Origin: Podarcis muralis
Taxonomy: Eukaryota
Length of the DNA: 64,000 nucleotides
Assembly: GCF_964188315.1 (NCBI RefSeq)
Contig: NC_135660.1
Span: 40,796,001-40,860,000, forward strand
Direction of reading: 5' to 3'
Below, in pieces: positions 12,723 to 26,779 of the stretch. A model generated the notes under the pieces. It had not been told where the DNA came from and did no database searches. It saw only the letters and a list, made by a program, of their open reading frames with translations. The translations under genes and the position numbers were made by a program. Numbering within the stretch: position 1 is the first letter of the stretch; every line of letters starts with the position of its first letter.

Positions 12723-15700
12723 GTTACACACCACCCCAATCTCCACAGTGGTCTGATATTCCAGGGATTACAGGCACTTACCCAAGGTTTCTGTTTCCAT
12801 CTGGAAATGAGGCACAACAGAGACTGGGGTGTCTTTATGATACATGGTTTATTTACACACATATACAACTTGACCCTACTGTGGAGAGGTTCCCAGCATT
12901 ACACTCCAAGTGGGTCTCTTGCCTCTCCCATAGGCACAGCAGCTTCAGTCCACAACAGAAATCAACCATGCTCTCTGTCTCCTTTATACAGCCTGTCCCA
13001 GTTTTGCTAGCACATCACTGCCAAATGCCATCCTAAATACTCTGGCCTTTGGTCTCCTGCAGACTCCTGCTCTAGAGGAAGGAGGCACTCTAAAATGCTG
13101 GTGAAGGTGTTGTTTTATTTTAAAAACTGATGTGGAAATGTGGTGAACTGAACTTGGAAAAATGAGAAACAGAGAGAATTCAAAATTGACAGGGCTACAT
13201 CATGAAAGCTGCAGAGATCAGAAGCAAATGTGGAGGTTCCCTGTCTGCTATCCATTGTGAGAGCTGAGACACAGCTGAAGGCTGCAGCCTTTATTGAACA
13301 ACAACAATGGTGAACTGAGCATAAGCACGCAAGGAGAGCTTTGCTGGCTGAGACCAAAGTCTGAAGTCCAGCATTCTCTTCCCAAAGTGACCAGCCAGAT
13401 GCTTCTGGGAAACTCAAAAGCAATGAGTTCTGACAGCATCACAAGTAATGTTTTTGCCAAAGTACTTTCCAGTTGGAAGAGTTGAGAACAACTCTTGGCT
13501 TTCTTTATGTCATTTATGAAGTAAGACACAGCATGTCAGCAGAGGTAATGTCATCTGTTTACAGTGTGAGCATTGCACAATTGGAAAACTCGGAATAAGA
13601 ACCCCCTGAACTCTGAAAACTAGAATTCAGCCCCCTAAACACTCTTTTGCTTATACAGTCTTTGTCTTAAGACTGTGGGTTTTGCCAGGAAGATGAAGCA
13701 GTGCCTGGTTTTGTCTCTTGGTTCTTTCTTCACACAGAACATCTTAGAAGAACCACACCCCAAAAGTACAAACTCGAACATGCTCAGTTCCAACTTTCCT
13801 AGAGAAACCATCTTTCCCTTTTAGCCACAGGGTGGCAACAACATAAAGACATCTGAATCAGACAAGTGATGATGTGAACAATTACAGGCTGGTCTGAAAC
13901 TCTCAATTTTAGTGACATAAGAATGAGTTGAGATAATGAGCAAATAATGTGTGGGTGAAACTCTGCAAATCCTTCTTATTCATGGAAATTGGTGGCTACT
14001 GAACATGGGTTATGTAAGTGAGCCTGGGAATTTACCCAACATACATTTACTCAACATTATTTAAGAGCAGCCCCTTTCTACCTGAGCATCGCCACCAAGA
14101 TAGGCTGAAGCTGTTCACTTTATCAACCCAGTATGGTTGGCCATAAAGTATAAACCTGGGTTCTGTGTGACAGTTTTTATCAACTTCTTCCCCAAGGTCA
14201 CCTTAGCTCTTGAGTTATAAAAGTCTTAGAACCTGTTGTGATTAATTTTGATGAAGAGAAGTCAGTCCATGTTTTTTCTCCCTCTGGCTGCCTGGCTGTT
14301 CTGTGATCTGTAACTACACTACATCACCCTGAGTAATGAAAATATGCCCCAACAAGCACTTGGAGAGGGAAAGCTTGAAAAAACAGCTATCCATCATAGC
14401 AGCCAGCCTCCGATGCTTCATGTCTTCTTCCATTTATAAGGAGAAGTTGCTCCAGGTAATGGGTTCCCCCTTCTGGTGTCACAAGCATCCATGTACTCCA
14501 AAGGGGTAAAGGCACATGGTTCACCACACCCCAACTGCTGTCTCTGAAGTTATAAAAGGGGGAACAAAGGGTCTATCCAAGGTTAGTCCTATGCAGAGTA
14601 AACCCATAGAAATTAATGGGCATGAGTAAGTCCTATTAATTCAGTGCATCTACTCTGAGTAGGATTTAGCTGACAAAGGTAACTGACAAAGTTATATTCT
14701 CCTGATGGACTTTCCTCCATCATAAATGGAGTGTAATTTGACTGCTCAGTTCTTCTTCCTTACCTCAGAGAGGGCTGCCTTTTATTTCATTTTATTGAGC
14801 ATGACTGACATATTGCTGAATCAAAAAGTATTTCTAAGCAGTTTACATAATAGTATAAAACAGTCATTTAAAAAATGATAAAACAAACTCTGAAACAGCA
14901 GACAATAACATTATCAAGATACTGATAAAATCAACCATTTAAAAAAAAAGATTATATGATTATATGTATTGCATATATAAAGCAGCCTGGCTTATATTTT
15001 AACGCAGATTGCTAGATCAAGGGGTTAGGAGGGACTTGGCATACAGCCTTCTCCCCCTTCCCAACTCAGAACAATATCATAAACATACAAATCAACAAAC
15101 ATGGTTGCATGTGAATGGCAATTGCTAACCCATTTTCTATAGAGTAAGTTCCTTCAAGCTTTCTTAGTAAAAACGTTGGTAGGCTATCATCCTTTGCATC
15201 ATTAGCTGGGAGTAAGCCCTACTGGACACTTTGGGACTTATATTGGAGTAAATAGACATAGGATGGCACTGCTAATCTTATACGTATGATGACCCAGAAG
15301 CTAAAGATTCTCAACGCAGGCTACAGATCTGTCAACCGGTTTTGGAGGCATTCCAGGCCACACTTGTCACATTGTGTATTGTATGGTTACTGATTATGTC
15401 TTTATTTTCACCTCAGTGTGGTATTGGATTATAAGATATTGAATGGCTCAGGCTTTCATCCCATTGGGGTTTTTACAGTGTCAGGTCCCAGCTTGGGTGC
15501 ATGTACCTCTTATACTCATTTAAAGTGTTAATTTAATAGCTCAATGGGGTATTTCTGCTGTGTGCCTCAGAATGTGTGAGATTCAGAAGCCAGAACTGGG
15601 AACTGACAATCCATTTACAGTTCAGTAAATGTGCTTGTATTCTGGAGACGATTCAATGTAATGAAACATATTCCCAGGTAGGTGTGCATAAGCCTGCAGT

Positions 15701-15797
15701 TGCAAAAATACTTTATTGCATCTGTGCATACTGGCAGGGGTGGGAAGCCTGGATGAGCATGTACAAAGTGCCTCATCTCTCTGCTCTTCTCCTCTAA

Positions 15798-16173
15798 AAA
15801 GGTTAAGGTAAAGGACCCCTGACAGTTACCGGTAAGTCCAGTCGTGAATGACTCTGGGGTTGAGGCGCTCATCTCGCTTTACTGGCCAAGGGAGCCAACA
15901 TTTGTCCACAGACATTTTTTCCAGGTCATGTGGCCAGCATGACTAAGCTGCTTCTGGCAAAACCAGAGCAGCGCATGGAAACGCCATTTACCTTCCCGCC
16001 AGAGCGGTACCTATTTATCTACATGCACTTTGATGTGCTTTCGAACTGCTAGGTTGGCAGGAGCAGGGACCGAGCAATGGGAGCTCACCCTGTCACAGGG
16101 ATCTGAACTACCAACCTTCCAATTGGCAAGCCCTAGGCTCAGTGGTTTAGACCACAGCACCACCCGCACTCCC
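15798..16173 (-). mobile_element. Sauria SINE (Squam1), subfamily A, full length
   Basis: Minus strand has a tRNA-like head, the conserved cctagcagttcgaaagcac core and an (ACCTT)n tail. It matches five other copies in the window. Confidence 0.93.
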
Positions 16174-16874
16174 ATAACTCCCACATGAGCTCTGATAAAC
16201 ACAAAATGTCTTATATGGTGGCAGAACTTTAGTGCAATATTCAACAGCTAAGAGAAAATTTTGCTGTTTGGGGTTGTTGTTTCTGCTGAAAGTTGAATGC
16301 TGACTTCAGTATTTGGCTTTCTGAATCAATATTTGACCTTTGAAACCAGCATCTGACTTAGAAATCAATATGTGAATTTTGTCCCTCATACCATTAGCCA
16401 GATGGCAAGTGTTGTCTAAGCAGTCAATGCAAAATTGTTATTGGCTTCAGTGAACTACAGAAGACGTTTGACTGTTTAAAGAGAATCCTTTTACATAGCC
16501 AATGCAATTAAATCAAATAATGAGAAATATGCTCTGTTCAGATTCTCCAACATGATATAGCTAGCATCCCAATCCTTAATGTGTATTGACTTGTAATGCT
16601 AAAGTAATGTCCCTTCAAGATGACATTCCCAGAGCATCTTCCAGAGGGGAAAACCCTGGTAATCCTATGCAGAAACAATAGAGAATCTTTTAGCATCTTT
16701 GACTAACCAGTTTGCTGTGGCAGAAGCTTTTGTGGACTACAGCATCTGACGAAATTAGAGCTCAGTTTATAATTTCTCAGGTGTTTTCACCTCCCCCCAA
16801 AAAGGCCACTTTACACAATTTTTTCCAAATGTTCTCTACAATGATTGTGGGGGGGGGGGGCAGCAGCTACCATT

Positions 16875-16877
<3 letters not shown>

Positions 16878-16911
<34 letters not shown>
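16878..16911. repeat. (CA)n microsatellite
   Basis: Direct reading. Confidence 0.98.
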
Positions 16912-16913
<2 letters not shown>

Positions 16914-18728
16914 TCCCATAATGCCCTGGAATGACACTGGTTGTAGATGTTACAAAACTCTTGGTTGTTTCTGTTTCTCAACCATGTATGTGTCAGTGCA
17001 GGAATCAAGCTGTATCCAGGACAAAAAAGGCATACAAATCAATAGCATCTATCCTTGCATTTGATTTGGGTTCTCATATTTATAGCATCTTGTGGAATCC
17101 TGACTTCAATTCAGTGATGCTCTTGTAAAGTAAATTTTCTCCTGAAGTATACTTGAAAACTGAAATGAAGCACCTCTGACAAGCACTTCACAACTCAAAT
17201 GAGAAATGCCTATATGAGATCTTATTCTGTGAAACATCTATGTAAAAAGAAGAAGATAGCAGCAGCAGGTGAGTGTGTGTTGGATGCTTCAGATTACACA
17301 AACAGAGTCAACTGAGAATTAGCTGATTGAAAAGGACAATGCATACATAATTATTTTACTAAAGAAGCATAGGGAAAAACAAGACCTTCAGTCCTTACAA
17401 ATGGCTTTACAGTTGTTGGCAATATAAATTCAGCTCTCAGTGCTCTGCCAGTGGTTATCTCAGGTGGTTGGATGTAGAATAACAGCAGCAGGTCAATAAA
17501 AGTGAAGATCCTTGTCCTGGATCTTCACAAAATGGGCACGGTACCATATAGATGCATTAAGTGATACTCAAAGGCATCCTTTGCATTTTCTGCATTAATG
17601 CTTGCTGGGAAGCAGCCAAGGAAGATGGGGCGTTTTCCTGGCACCCGCAAGGATATTGCCATTTGGAACACTACAGCATAATCTCCAAAGATGGCATTCT
17701 TGATCTGTTGACCTGGCTGCAATACAGAGCTGTCAAAAACTGTGCCTATTTTATGTATACCACCATTATATTTCTCTCTTTTAGTCAAAGTATTCCATTG
17801 GGGGTGGCAGGATATAGATATCCTATCAGATTTTATAATTACTCAGGCTACTGTTTCTTGGGCAGGAAGATGGGGGGGGGGCAGACTGAAGGAAATATAT
17901 AAAAAAAGATTATTTATGTGACCTTTTGCTGGATTAATAGAGATCGAGATTAAAAGAGTTAATTGGTGAACCTAACATTAGATTATCATCATGGAATGTG
18001 ACTGTTTTGAATAATCCAATTAAGGAGAGGAAATTACGATTTGCCCACTTAAAGATATTAGACTCAGACATAATAAATTTGTAAACTTATCTTCTTTTGA
18101 CTAGTGCTTTTTTACTTTTATTCTGGTTTTCTGCAGGCTTTTAAAAACCTCCTTCCTTTCATTTCCCATGATGGGCATTTTAATTATGAACAATGGTATT
18201 TCCTGATTGTTTTTGAATTAGCTAATGTAACATGCATAATAAACCAGCAAATGAATTTTCCAGCTTTTATAGGTGCACTGCCTTGAAAAGGAGGTTTGAA
18301 CAGCTGGAGCAAACATTCTTAGTCACTAAATTATAAATTGCGCTTGTCAAGAGCAAACATTCAGCCCCAGCACTCAAGGAATAGATTGGTAAGAAGCTTT
18401 CCCATTTATCAGTTTAGCTATTGATCGCTTCTGCAAGGTCATTGAATTCGAGAAGTAATGAATGGAAGACTTGGTTGCTAATACACCAGGCTAATTGTGT
18501 TAATAATTTTGCATGCAGGAACTTGATAACACTTAAAAGTGCCCTGAAGCATTAAGGAGCTAATAATGTATGTAGACACTGCTACATTGGCTTTCTGATT
18601 ACCAATAACCGACTCGCTGGAGGGAACAAGAAGATGGATGGCTCCACCATTCATTTTATTTTAAATAAAAGGTTCAAGAATTATAATACACAGGTGACCT
18701 GCACAAGAATTATGATACACAGATGGCG

Positions 18729-18912
18729 AAGGGCCATAGCTCAATGGTAGAGCATCTGCTTTCCAAGCAAAAGGTCCCAAATTCTGACCACAGCACCTCT
18801 GGGTAGGGTTAGAAGAGAACCCTAAAACTATAGAAAGCTGTTGTCAGCCAGTAAAGACAATAATGATCCCATTGGACCAATCGTCTGACTTAGTAGATTT
18901 CTATGTTCCTAT
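18729..18912 (+). mobile_element. tRNA-derived SINE (Squam2-like)
   Basis: gggccatagctcaatggtagagc A-box head, ending ttctatgttcctatg. Confidence 0.8.
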
Positions 18913-19941
18913 GACAAGGTTTTATCCTCCACCCCACCAAACAAGTTTCAATCCTTTGTTCTTTTAGTGGGATTTCTCAATGAATACCAGTTCAGTATTC
19001 TGTGTTTGTTTCAAGTTCTAGCCCACGTTTGGGTTCATTTATTTTAGCATCACACTTTATTTCTATTTTTTATTTGCACACTTTTTGGACAGTTCAAGTC
19101 CCCAAGGGGAAAACCACTGTACATTCTTGCTCTGGCCAATTAGATGTGTAACATATGGAAAGAGAAGTGCTATTAATGCACTTAGAATAATTTATTGTTC
19201 ACTAGAGCTGAGCAAATAATTTGGCAATTTATTAAACAAATTAATCCTCTTACTGCCCGTGGCATGCCCCTCAGCAGATTGTAATTTACTTGAGCCTATT
19301 AGTTATGTAAATGCAGCCCATGAATGCCCTTTCCATTAATGCAATGGTCATGAGTGTGCTAAATTCTGGGTAGGTATCAGGGCCTGTGTGTGAGTGAGTG
19401 GGTGATTTATCATGCATGTTGTTTCTTGCTTGCCAATTTCATGCAACATCTTCCAAACCACTGATTTTTCACTTTGATAAGCAAGCGTTCTCAGGACCAA
19501 CAATTGTGCCAGCAGGTCCCCTGGTGAGACGCTAAGATGACAAGTCAGGAGGCAGGCATTATATATCATGGTGTGATTGGATATAGGAAAATCAGCTGAT
19601 ACCAGCAGTTTACAGGTGCAGATGTTCTCTCTGTGTCTGAGACTGAGTAGCTGCAGTTTCCTGTTGTGGCCTAAGAAGGCATTGCTGCTGCATCTAGAAT
19701 TGCTTATGTGGCTCAGTAGCTGCCTTTATGGTGCCATGATAAGCTGCATTTAATTTCTCAAGTTACTGTGTCCTCGGGCTCCTTCAGTTCAATACAACTT
19801 AGCTTTTACAGTTCTCTCAAATTTCAACAGCGATTATGCTTTTGATCACTACAATTTTTGATAGTAGTCAATTTCATAGGTTGGGGAAGAAATGTTAGGT
19901 TTTTTTACAGGAAGGCTCTATAATTTTAACTTGACTAGTTT

Positions 19942-19946
19942 ACACA

Positions 19947-19999
<53 letters not shown>
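19942..19999. repeat. (CA)n(GA)n compound microsatellite
   Basis: Direct reading. Confidence 0.98.
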
Positions 20000-20003
<4 letters not shown>

Positions 20004-20089
20004 CCATTCAGCTCCCCCCAATCCACCTGTTTTTATAATCTATATTTCACGATCACAGCCTAGTTATCCAGTTCTTAAACTGGCAAGTC

Positions 20090-20610
20090 CTGGTATTTTT
20101 AGCTCCCCCAGGACAGAAAGCATTGCCCTCCCTTCTTCCCAATGATTTGTATTGCCTTTTTCTGAACATTATCACTTGCAGAATACATCATTTTTGAGAT
20201 GGGGTGGTCAGGATTGTAGTACTCAATGTGTGAATGCACCACTGATTTATATATGACTATTATCATCTCTTTCTGTATTTTTTGCCTCTCTCCTAATAAT
20301 CCACAACATTACATTTGGCTTTTTGACAGCAGCAAGCATTACCTTGATGTTTTTAAGGAGCTATTCAGAAGGATTCCAAGACTTCTTGACTGGAAGTAGC
20401 TAATTTATAACCCAAGCTAGTAAAAGTGTAGCTGGGATTTTCTTGCTCCCTCTCTGCAGCGTGCATCACTTTGCACTCAATCAACAGTAAGTTTGGCCTG
20501 CCTTTTCATTTTCACCCTTCCCATCTTGCTTTAAGCTTAAGCATCCTGGGGAACTTTGTATCACTGAAAACTTTTCTGCTTTTCTTGTAACTTCATACCC
20601 CATTCCAAAG
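20090..20610 (-). mobile_element. Old CR1 LINE ORF2 fragment
   Basis: catcatttttgagatggggtggtcagg...gtgcatcactttgcact resembles the antisense CR1 RT region (recalled consensus). Heavily diverged, boundaries approximate. Confidence 0.6.
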
Positions 20611-20849
20611 AATGCATAGCTATGTTGAATTCACAACAACAATGGCAGTACTTCATTTTCGGCAATGGGCAATTTGTTTGGCAATCAGAATCAGTTACCA
20701 AGTAGTCTTGTTCTTCACTGGGTCTAGCGAGGCTGTGGATGCAGACTGCTGGAGATGTTACAGACATCCTAGCTTCAACGAGGGTGCTAACATTATTAAC
20801 CTTTCACACCATGTGGATTTTTGCAAGTAGATTGGCATGTACATTGGAA

Positions 20850-21009
20850 CAGTGGCGTAGCGTGGGGGGTGCAGGGGGGGGGCCGGCCGCACTGGGCGCA
20901 ACATCTGGGGTTAGGGCAAATCCACGGGTTAGGGGGCGCAAATCCACGGGTTAGGGGGCGCAAATTACTTGCCTTGCCCCGGATACTGACAACCCACGCT
21001 ACGCCACTG
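20850..21009. mobile_element. Young hAT MITE with perfect 17-bp TIRs and 8-bp TSD
   Basis: Termini are CAGTGGCGTAGCGTGGG and CCCACGCTACGCCACTG. TSD CATTGGAA is at 20842-49 and 21010-17. Three internal GGGTTAGGG(GGC)GCAAAT units. Confidence 0.93.
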
Positions 21010-21171
21010 CATTGGAAGACAACTCGTGTCTTTGAAGTTTATTCAGCAAGCCACACAGAGGAAGATTATGTCAAGGAGGTTTGTGTATGTTTAGTTATAC
21101 TTGCTATTGCCCTCACTGATGGGTAGAAGGCCCCATACATTAATCCGTTGAAACTGAGCAGTCCTGTCTAG

Positions 21172-21375
21172 AAGGTGGTGTGGTGTAGTGGTTGATGTGT
21201 CTAATTAAGACTGAGGAGTCCCAGGTTCAAATTCCCTCACAGCCCTTCTAGATGTCATTTACATCTCTCAGTCTAACTTTGCAGGATCGTCACAAGGATG
21301 GAGTGGAAGAGAAAGGACCGTGTACATTTTTCTTGGAAGCAAGGTAGGAAATATGTATAAAATAATAATAATAAA
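21172..21375 (+). mobile_element. MIR/Ther1-related SINE (old Squam3-like)
   Basis: ggtgtggtgtagtggtt...ggttcaaattcc head, ctctcagtctaac core, AATAA tail. Confidence 0.65.
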
Positions 21376-24300
21376 TACCAGCTGTTAGCAGCCGGGTGGG
21401 AGATTATATGGGAACCCTATGTACACCATGAAGCTCACTGAAGAAAGACAGGTTACCAATGTAACTAATTAAATAAATGGGGGGGGGTGGCATTATATGA
21501 AGAAATTACAGTGTGGACATGGAATGTTTTTAAAAGAATGACAACCTGTTTTGATAATGAAACAATTTTCAGTGGTTTGTGAATTAGCAGCTTCCTATTA
21601 TAGTTGGTTATACATTGTGGGGAGGTTCACATCAGGGCAGGATCCAAAGTTAAATCTGAGTGAAATCCACAGTTTCTCAAGCTGACTTTGCTCCAAACAG
21701 TGAATTTAGCCAGTCGGAAACCCCTGTTTCGTGTGGGCATTCTGAGGTGCAACATGCTAGCAAGGTTTAAAGTGGCTCCACAAGCTAACATCTATCAAAA
21801 ACCAAGTCATGCTTCCCCTCCTAATATTCTTATGTGGGTCCCTTCTCTAGTCTTCATTGAGTGACAGGAAGTGGAGAAGCAGAAAGAAGGTCCCCCTTCT
21901 CCTTCCACTCTACAAACAAGCAACACACATCCTGCCCCACCGCTTCCCTCAGATCTTTCTGGTGCCACTGATGAGAACACAAGCAACAACAGCCTAACCC
22001 AGCAGCCAGGCAACAGAGGATTGGGTTTGGATTTCGCTTTGCTTTTCAGATTTCAAAGGAGTGGGAGCTCTGAATTCACTCTGCAGCACAGAAATTTTGC
22101 ACTCAAATAGCCTCAAACTCCCAGGAAAACCCAGTGCAAACAATTCCTTAAGCTTCAGGAGGGGCAGGAAACAAAAGTCAAAATTGTGAGCAAGTACAGT
22201 TTTTGCAAGAATACATTGTTAGCATTGTTCGGCATCATATACAAAATAAAGTTGAAGTGCAGAAGTTCCACTATTCTACTAAATACCTATGTCCCAACTA
22301 AATATTTATGTTCCAAATGTTATCACATATACACTTCAGCTGTGTCCTCTGTGATGAAGCCATCAATAATAGCAGCCTAATATCCTCCTGATTTCATTCA
22401 TAAGTTAACTATGGCAAACTAGGAATAATAGGCTAGATAAGTGCATTCTCACTAGAAACAGTGACTTGTTTTTCAGTGTAAGATGGTTGCTTATGTCTCT
22501 TGCAATTTTCTTTTATGACATAGTTTATTATATGTTTGTAAAGCCAAGAACCTGAAAAATACTCTCAGTGCTTGCCATTAGAGATCTTCACTGAAGTAAC
22601 TTTATGCAAAGGGAACAACAAAAATGAACCAACAGCAACACAGGATTACAGGCTGCGCAAGATTCAATAAACAATTGACCATGCACAAACTTCCATTCAA
22701 ATAAACACTGTACAAACTTCTGAGCAAATTTTCGTATTGTGAAACTCATGAAAAGGAACCCAAATAAAACTACACAATTTACCCAATATATGTTAGGCAT
22801 CTGTCAACGCATCAGCACAAGTCAGCATGGCCAAAGATCAAGAAGAATGGTAGTTGTAGCCCAACAACTACCTGAAGGAACAACCAGTTCCCCATCTCTG
22901 CCTTAGATAAAGCATACAGTACAGCATAGTGTCAGAGGCTCTGCAAGTCTACCATCTTTTCTACTGATAGTGCTAAAATCAGATTATTCACAGTAAACAT
23001 CACATTGGTTAATAAATAGCACACAATAAAGAAGGGTGTTGCCAATACACCAATGAATAAGGTCCAACAAAATACTTATGAAATGAAAATTTCCACCCCC
23101 TGACATTCATATATAATGAATCTGTTACTCTGTAGCTTATTTGTGAATTGGGATATAGTGGTGTGACACTGTTCTGTGTTACTAGCTTTGTTGTCCCCAG
23201 GAAGCAAGTGCCATATGGATAGCTAGCATTATCAGAAGCTATTCATGTGAGGAGGTTTCTCACATGAGTCCGGCTATCCTAACCATGACAGCAAGCACAT
23301 TTGAAAAATGGGGAGTTCTTGTCACTGTTTAAAATTGCAGGAACCACATGGGGGGCCCTTTCACACGATCTGCTTTCCACACAGTCTGCTCCCTGCAGAA
23401 ATCACGACACCAACCAGAAAACGGGGGGGGGGGGGGCGCACAGGAAAGGGCTGCGGGGGTGGGAATCCATATGCTTGAAATGCGATTTACTCCTGGCCCA
23501 ACACTTTTTGGATCAAATAATTCCTCAGGGGCACTTTTCGCCAACAATTCTAATCAAAAGCCAGGGACACCACAGCGACTTCTGTTGCCACAACAGGGCA
23601 TTTTGTTTCTGATAAAAATATTTCATGTATTTTTCTTAGTGCTTTTATTTTTCAGGTCTCAGGGTGGGGTACATTAACTAAAATCCAATTGCAACATAAT
23701 GACCAATCAACAAGTCACAAAACAACAATAAAAGCATAAAACAGATACAACTAATAATACCATTTACAGGGCCAAAAACCTGAAATTCACTCTTCACTTC
23801 TAAAGGTCCAAGTGAACAGGTGCATCTTAATGAGCTGATAAAATATGTGAAAGGTTGGTTAAAAGTGCCCTTGAAGCCTGAGACAATCCTTTGTCCATCT
23901 ACCTGGGAGTAAATCCCATTGAACACAATAGGGCTGCCTTCTGAGTAGCCACATATAAGGTGGCACAATGCAGTCCAGAGGAGCTAGAGAAAAATAAATG
24001 CCTTTGCCACATCAAACTTACTTGGTATGCTATGGTAAAAGGGGCATTTGCTTGTTAGCTGTTCCTAACCTATTTATCTTCTTCCTCCTTTTAATAATGC
24101 CTTCAAATGGTTTCTGGAGGAAGTGATTTAAGGACGGCAATCTCAGTATCTGCTATGTTATTCTATTGAACAACGCTAATAAAATAGAGGGCACAAATAC
24201 ACTCCCCCCCTCCATACCAACATAATAAATCAAAATCTTCTATTCAAAGCATTTCGAAAACACTTTCACAGACAAGGGCTTTTGGCATGATATTTGGCTT

Positions 24301-25057
24301 TCCGCTGCCAGTGGGTATTTCAAAGCCTAAGTCCAAGACAGAGATAAATTGATTGTTTTTCCTCTCTACAAAACTCTTCAAGTGACAGCATCCTGAAAAC
24401 AGACTTGGTAAACAGTATTTAGCATTTAACAATAAACACCTAGAAACAATGATAAACTGTTTAAAAGAGCCACAAGTGATTTGCTTCTTCTGTTTCGTTA
24501 AGAGACTTTAATTAGCACTTTAATTACAGTGGCGTCTGCAGGAGTTATTGAATCCTTTTCAGCGGGGCTTGTGGAGCAGTATCTGGCACAATAAGCCCAA
24601 ATCTTCCCTGCACTTGCTAGCTGATCTGAAGTGATAGTGGAGAGCATAATGCAGATGAGAAACATCTGTTGGTATAGCGCCTTCTGCTAAAGGACCTCTG
24701 AACAAGCCTCTAGTGACTGAATGTTCTGAGACAGCAAGAGGTTTGATCCCCCCCCCCTAAAAGAAGGAGAAACTTTCTGTAGGAGACTCGTATATAAACA
24801 AATGGTGTTTTCATGGTTGTTTGGCACCAGCCCATCTGCCTGTGTGTTAGTCAATTAAACCACTCGTTATGATTGCTCTTAAATAAGAATTGCGTATTTC
24901 TAAGAAATCAATATTTTAAGTGTGGCAGCACCTACACTTTGGAACACCCTACCTATTGATATCAAGCAGGTGTCTTCACTTTACTCTTTTTTGATTAAGG
25001 GCCGGATACAAATTTAATTATTATTATATGTTTGTTTTACAAGCCTCTTAGAAACCC

Positions 25058-25071
25058 GTTGCCATGGCAAT
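25058..25071. promoter_or_regulatory. Candidate RFX X-box
   Basis: GTTGCCATGGCAAT is a 13/14 match to the palindromic X-box GTTGCCATGGCAAC and lies in sequence with no recognisable repeat. Confidence 0.45.
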
Positions 25072-25559
25072 TTCTTTAGCTCCTGTCCTTGTTCGATGTC
25101 AGCAGCCCATCCAAGTGCCCACCTTTACCTTCTCAAAAGATTATGCTGGAACAATGGTTTACGATCAGAAAAGGTAGGATGGTGTAGTTAGCTAGTCATA
25201 ACCATTCTGGGAATAGTCATGTTTATGAAACTGCTATGAAAAGAATGGTGCCTGGAGATCAAGAGAGTTCAAAGGGATTAATATTAAATCCCGCTCAGGA
25301 ACAGAGATAGATAAAAAAGAATAAAATGCAAACATCTTAGGTTAGAACTTGTTTTGCAACTTAGAATGATCTGTTGTTAAAAATTCAGTGGAAGGAATTT
25401 TATTTTTGTTTTCTCGTGAGAAAATGTCGTATGATTTAGGCCCACAAGACAATTTCCCCCGAGCATCAGACAGTTACTCAATACCCGGCGTTATATGTGA
25501 CATCAACTTTGGGGCAGGAAATTCTGACTAAACATCAGAAAGAACTTTCTGTCAGTAAG

Positions 25560-25730
25560 AGTTGGTTTGACAGTGGAACAAACTCCCATGAGAGGTCATG
25601 GACTCTCCTTCCTTGGAGGTTTTCAAGCAGAGATTTTATGGCCATCTGTCTAGTAGAGATTCCTGCATTGTGGGGGGCTTGACTAGATGACCCTCGGGGT
25701 CCCTTCCAACTCTACAGTTCTGTGATTCAA
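25560..25730 (+). mobile_element. CR1 LINE 3' end
   Basis: ccttccttggaggttttcaagcagag...gggtcccttccaactctacagttctgtgattc. Confidence 0.8.
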
Positions 25731-26280
25731 TTATTTCTTGTTGCTAAGCTGCTTAGATCTGTTTCTTGTTACGCTCCTCAAACTGCTCAAATATTCTGTT
25801 TGATTTCATGAAAGTAAAATTAGGTTACTAAGGATTTCTCTCTCTCTCCGTTTCAGTTTTAATTTAAATAATTGGCAATACAGTTCCTCTGCCAGACCCA
25901 TGGAAGGAGAATTTTTCCCACAGAAGAAGGTTCATGCTTGTTGGTTTGCTGAACAATTTACAATTGGCCTAAATACTGATGCTGTGAAAATTTATCTTTT
26001 GGGAGCATCAATGACTTTTCTATGGGTAGTATTCAACTAAGTTTTATTCACAGTAAAGCTATTGAAATTAATGGATCTAATTTTGTTGTGTTCATTAATT
26101 TCAGTGGGTTTATTCTGAGTAAAACTGGGTTGACTACCACCCTATGTTACAGATAACATGATGCCCTAATTGTTTATCACTGGACAGTTCCCGTTCTGTT
26201 GAGTCTTTTCCACAGCGGCGCCACAGTTGCAGCACACCCTGTACCAAGAGCTAAAATCAATGTCCTCCTTGCTCCCCTTT

Positions 26281-26636
26281 AAAGGTAAAGGGACCCCTGA
26301 CCATTAGGTCCAGTCGCGGACGATTCTGGGGTTGCAGCACTCATCTCGCTTTTTTGGCCGAGGGAGCCAGCGCACAGCTTCCGGGTCATGTGGCTAGCAT
26401 GACTAAGCTGCTTCTGGCGAACCAGAGCAGCACACGGAAATGCTGTTTACCTTCCCACCAGAGCAATACCTATTTACTGTAGCTACTTGCACTTTGACGT
26501 GCTTTTGAACTGCTAGGTTCGCAGGAGCAGGGACCGAGCAACCAGAGCTCACCCCGTCACGGGGATTCGAACCGCCGACCTTCTGATCAGCAAGTCCTAG
26601 GCTCTTTGGTTTAACCCCCAGTGCCACCCGCATCCC
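26281..26636 (-). mobile_element. Sauria SINE, subfamily A, full length
   Basis: Same head, core and tail as 15798-16173. Confidence 0.93.
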
Positions 26637-26779
26637 TAAATAAAATTATACTGTTTAATATAATCAAAATCTTAGTGTCCACATAATTTTCATTAAATTC
26701 AGGTCAATGCATTCCAAAAATACTAAATAAAAACAAAATGAAACTGTATCTCAGAAATCTGAGCAATGCACAAAATAAA

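Noticed and set aside
14336-14455. ATG-initiated segment MKICPNKHLERESLKKQLSIIAASLRCFMSSSIYKEKLLQ ending at CAG|GTAATG
   Set aside because: It is short, has no promoter-like or CpG context and no known homolog, which is within chance expectation for 64 kb.
17525-17902. Overlapping 87-aa (-) and 113-aa (+) ORFs
   Set aside because: No recognisable homology, and only weak donors on either strand.
20908-20965. Interstitial telomeric array
   Set aside because: There are only three non-tandem TTAGGG hexamers, all inside a TIR/TSD-bounded MITE.
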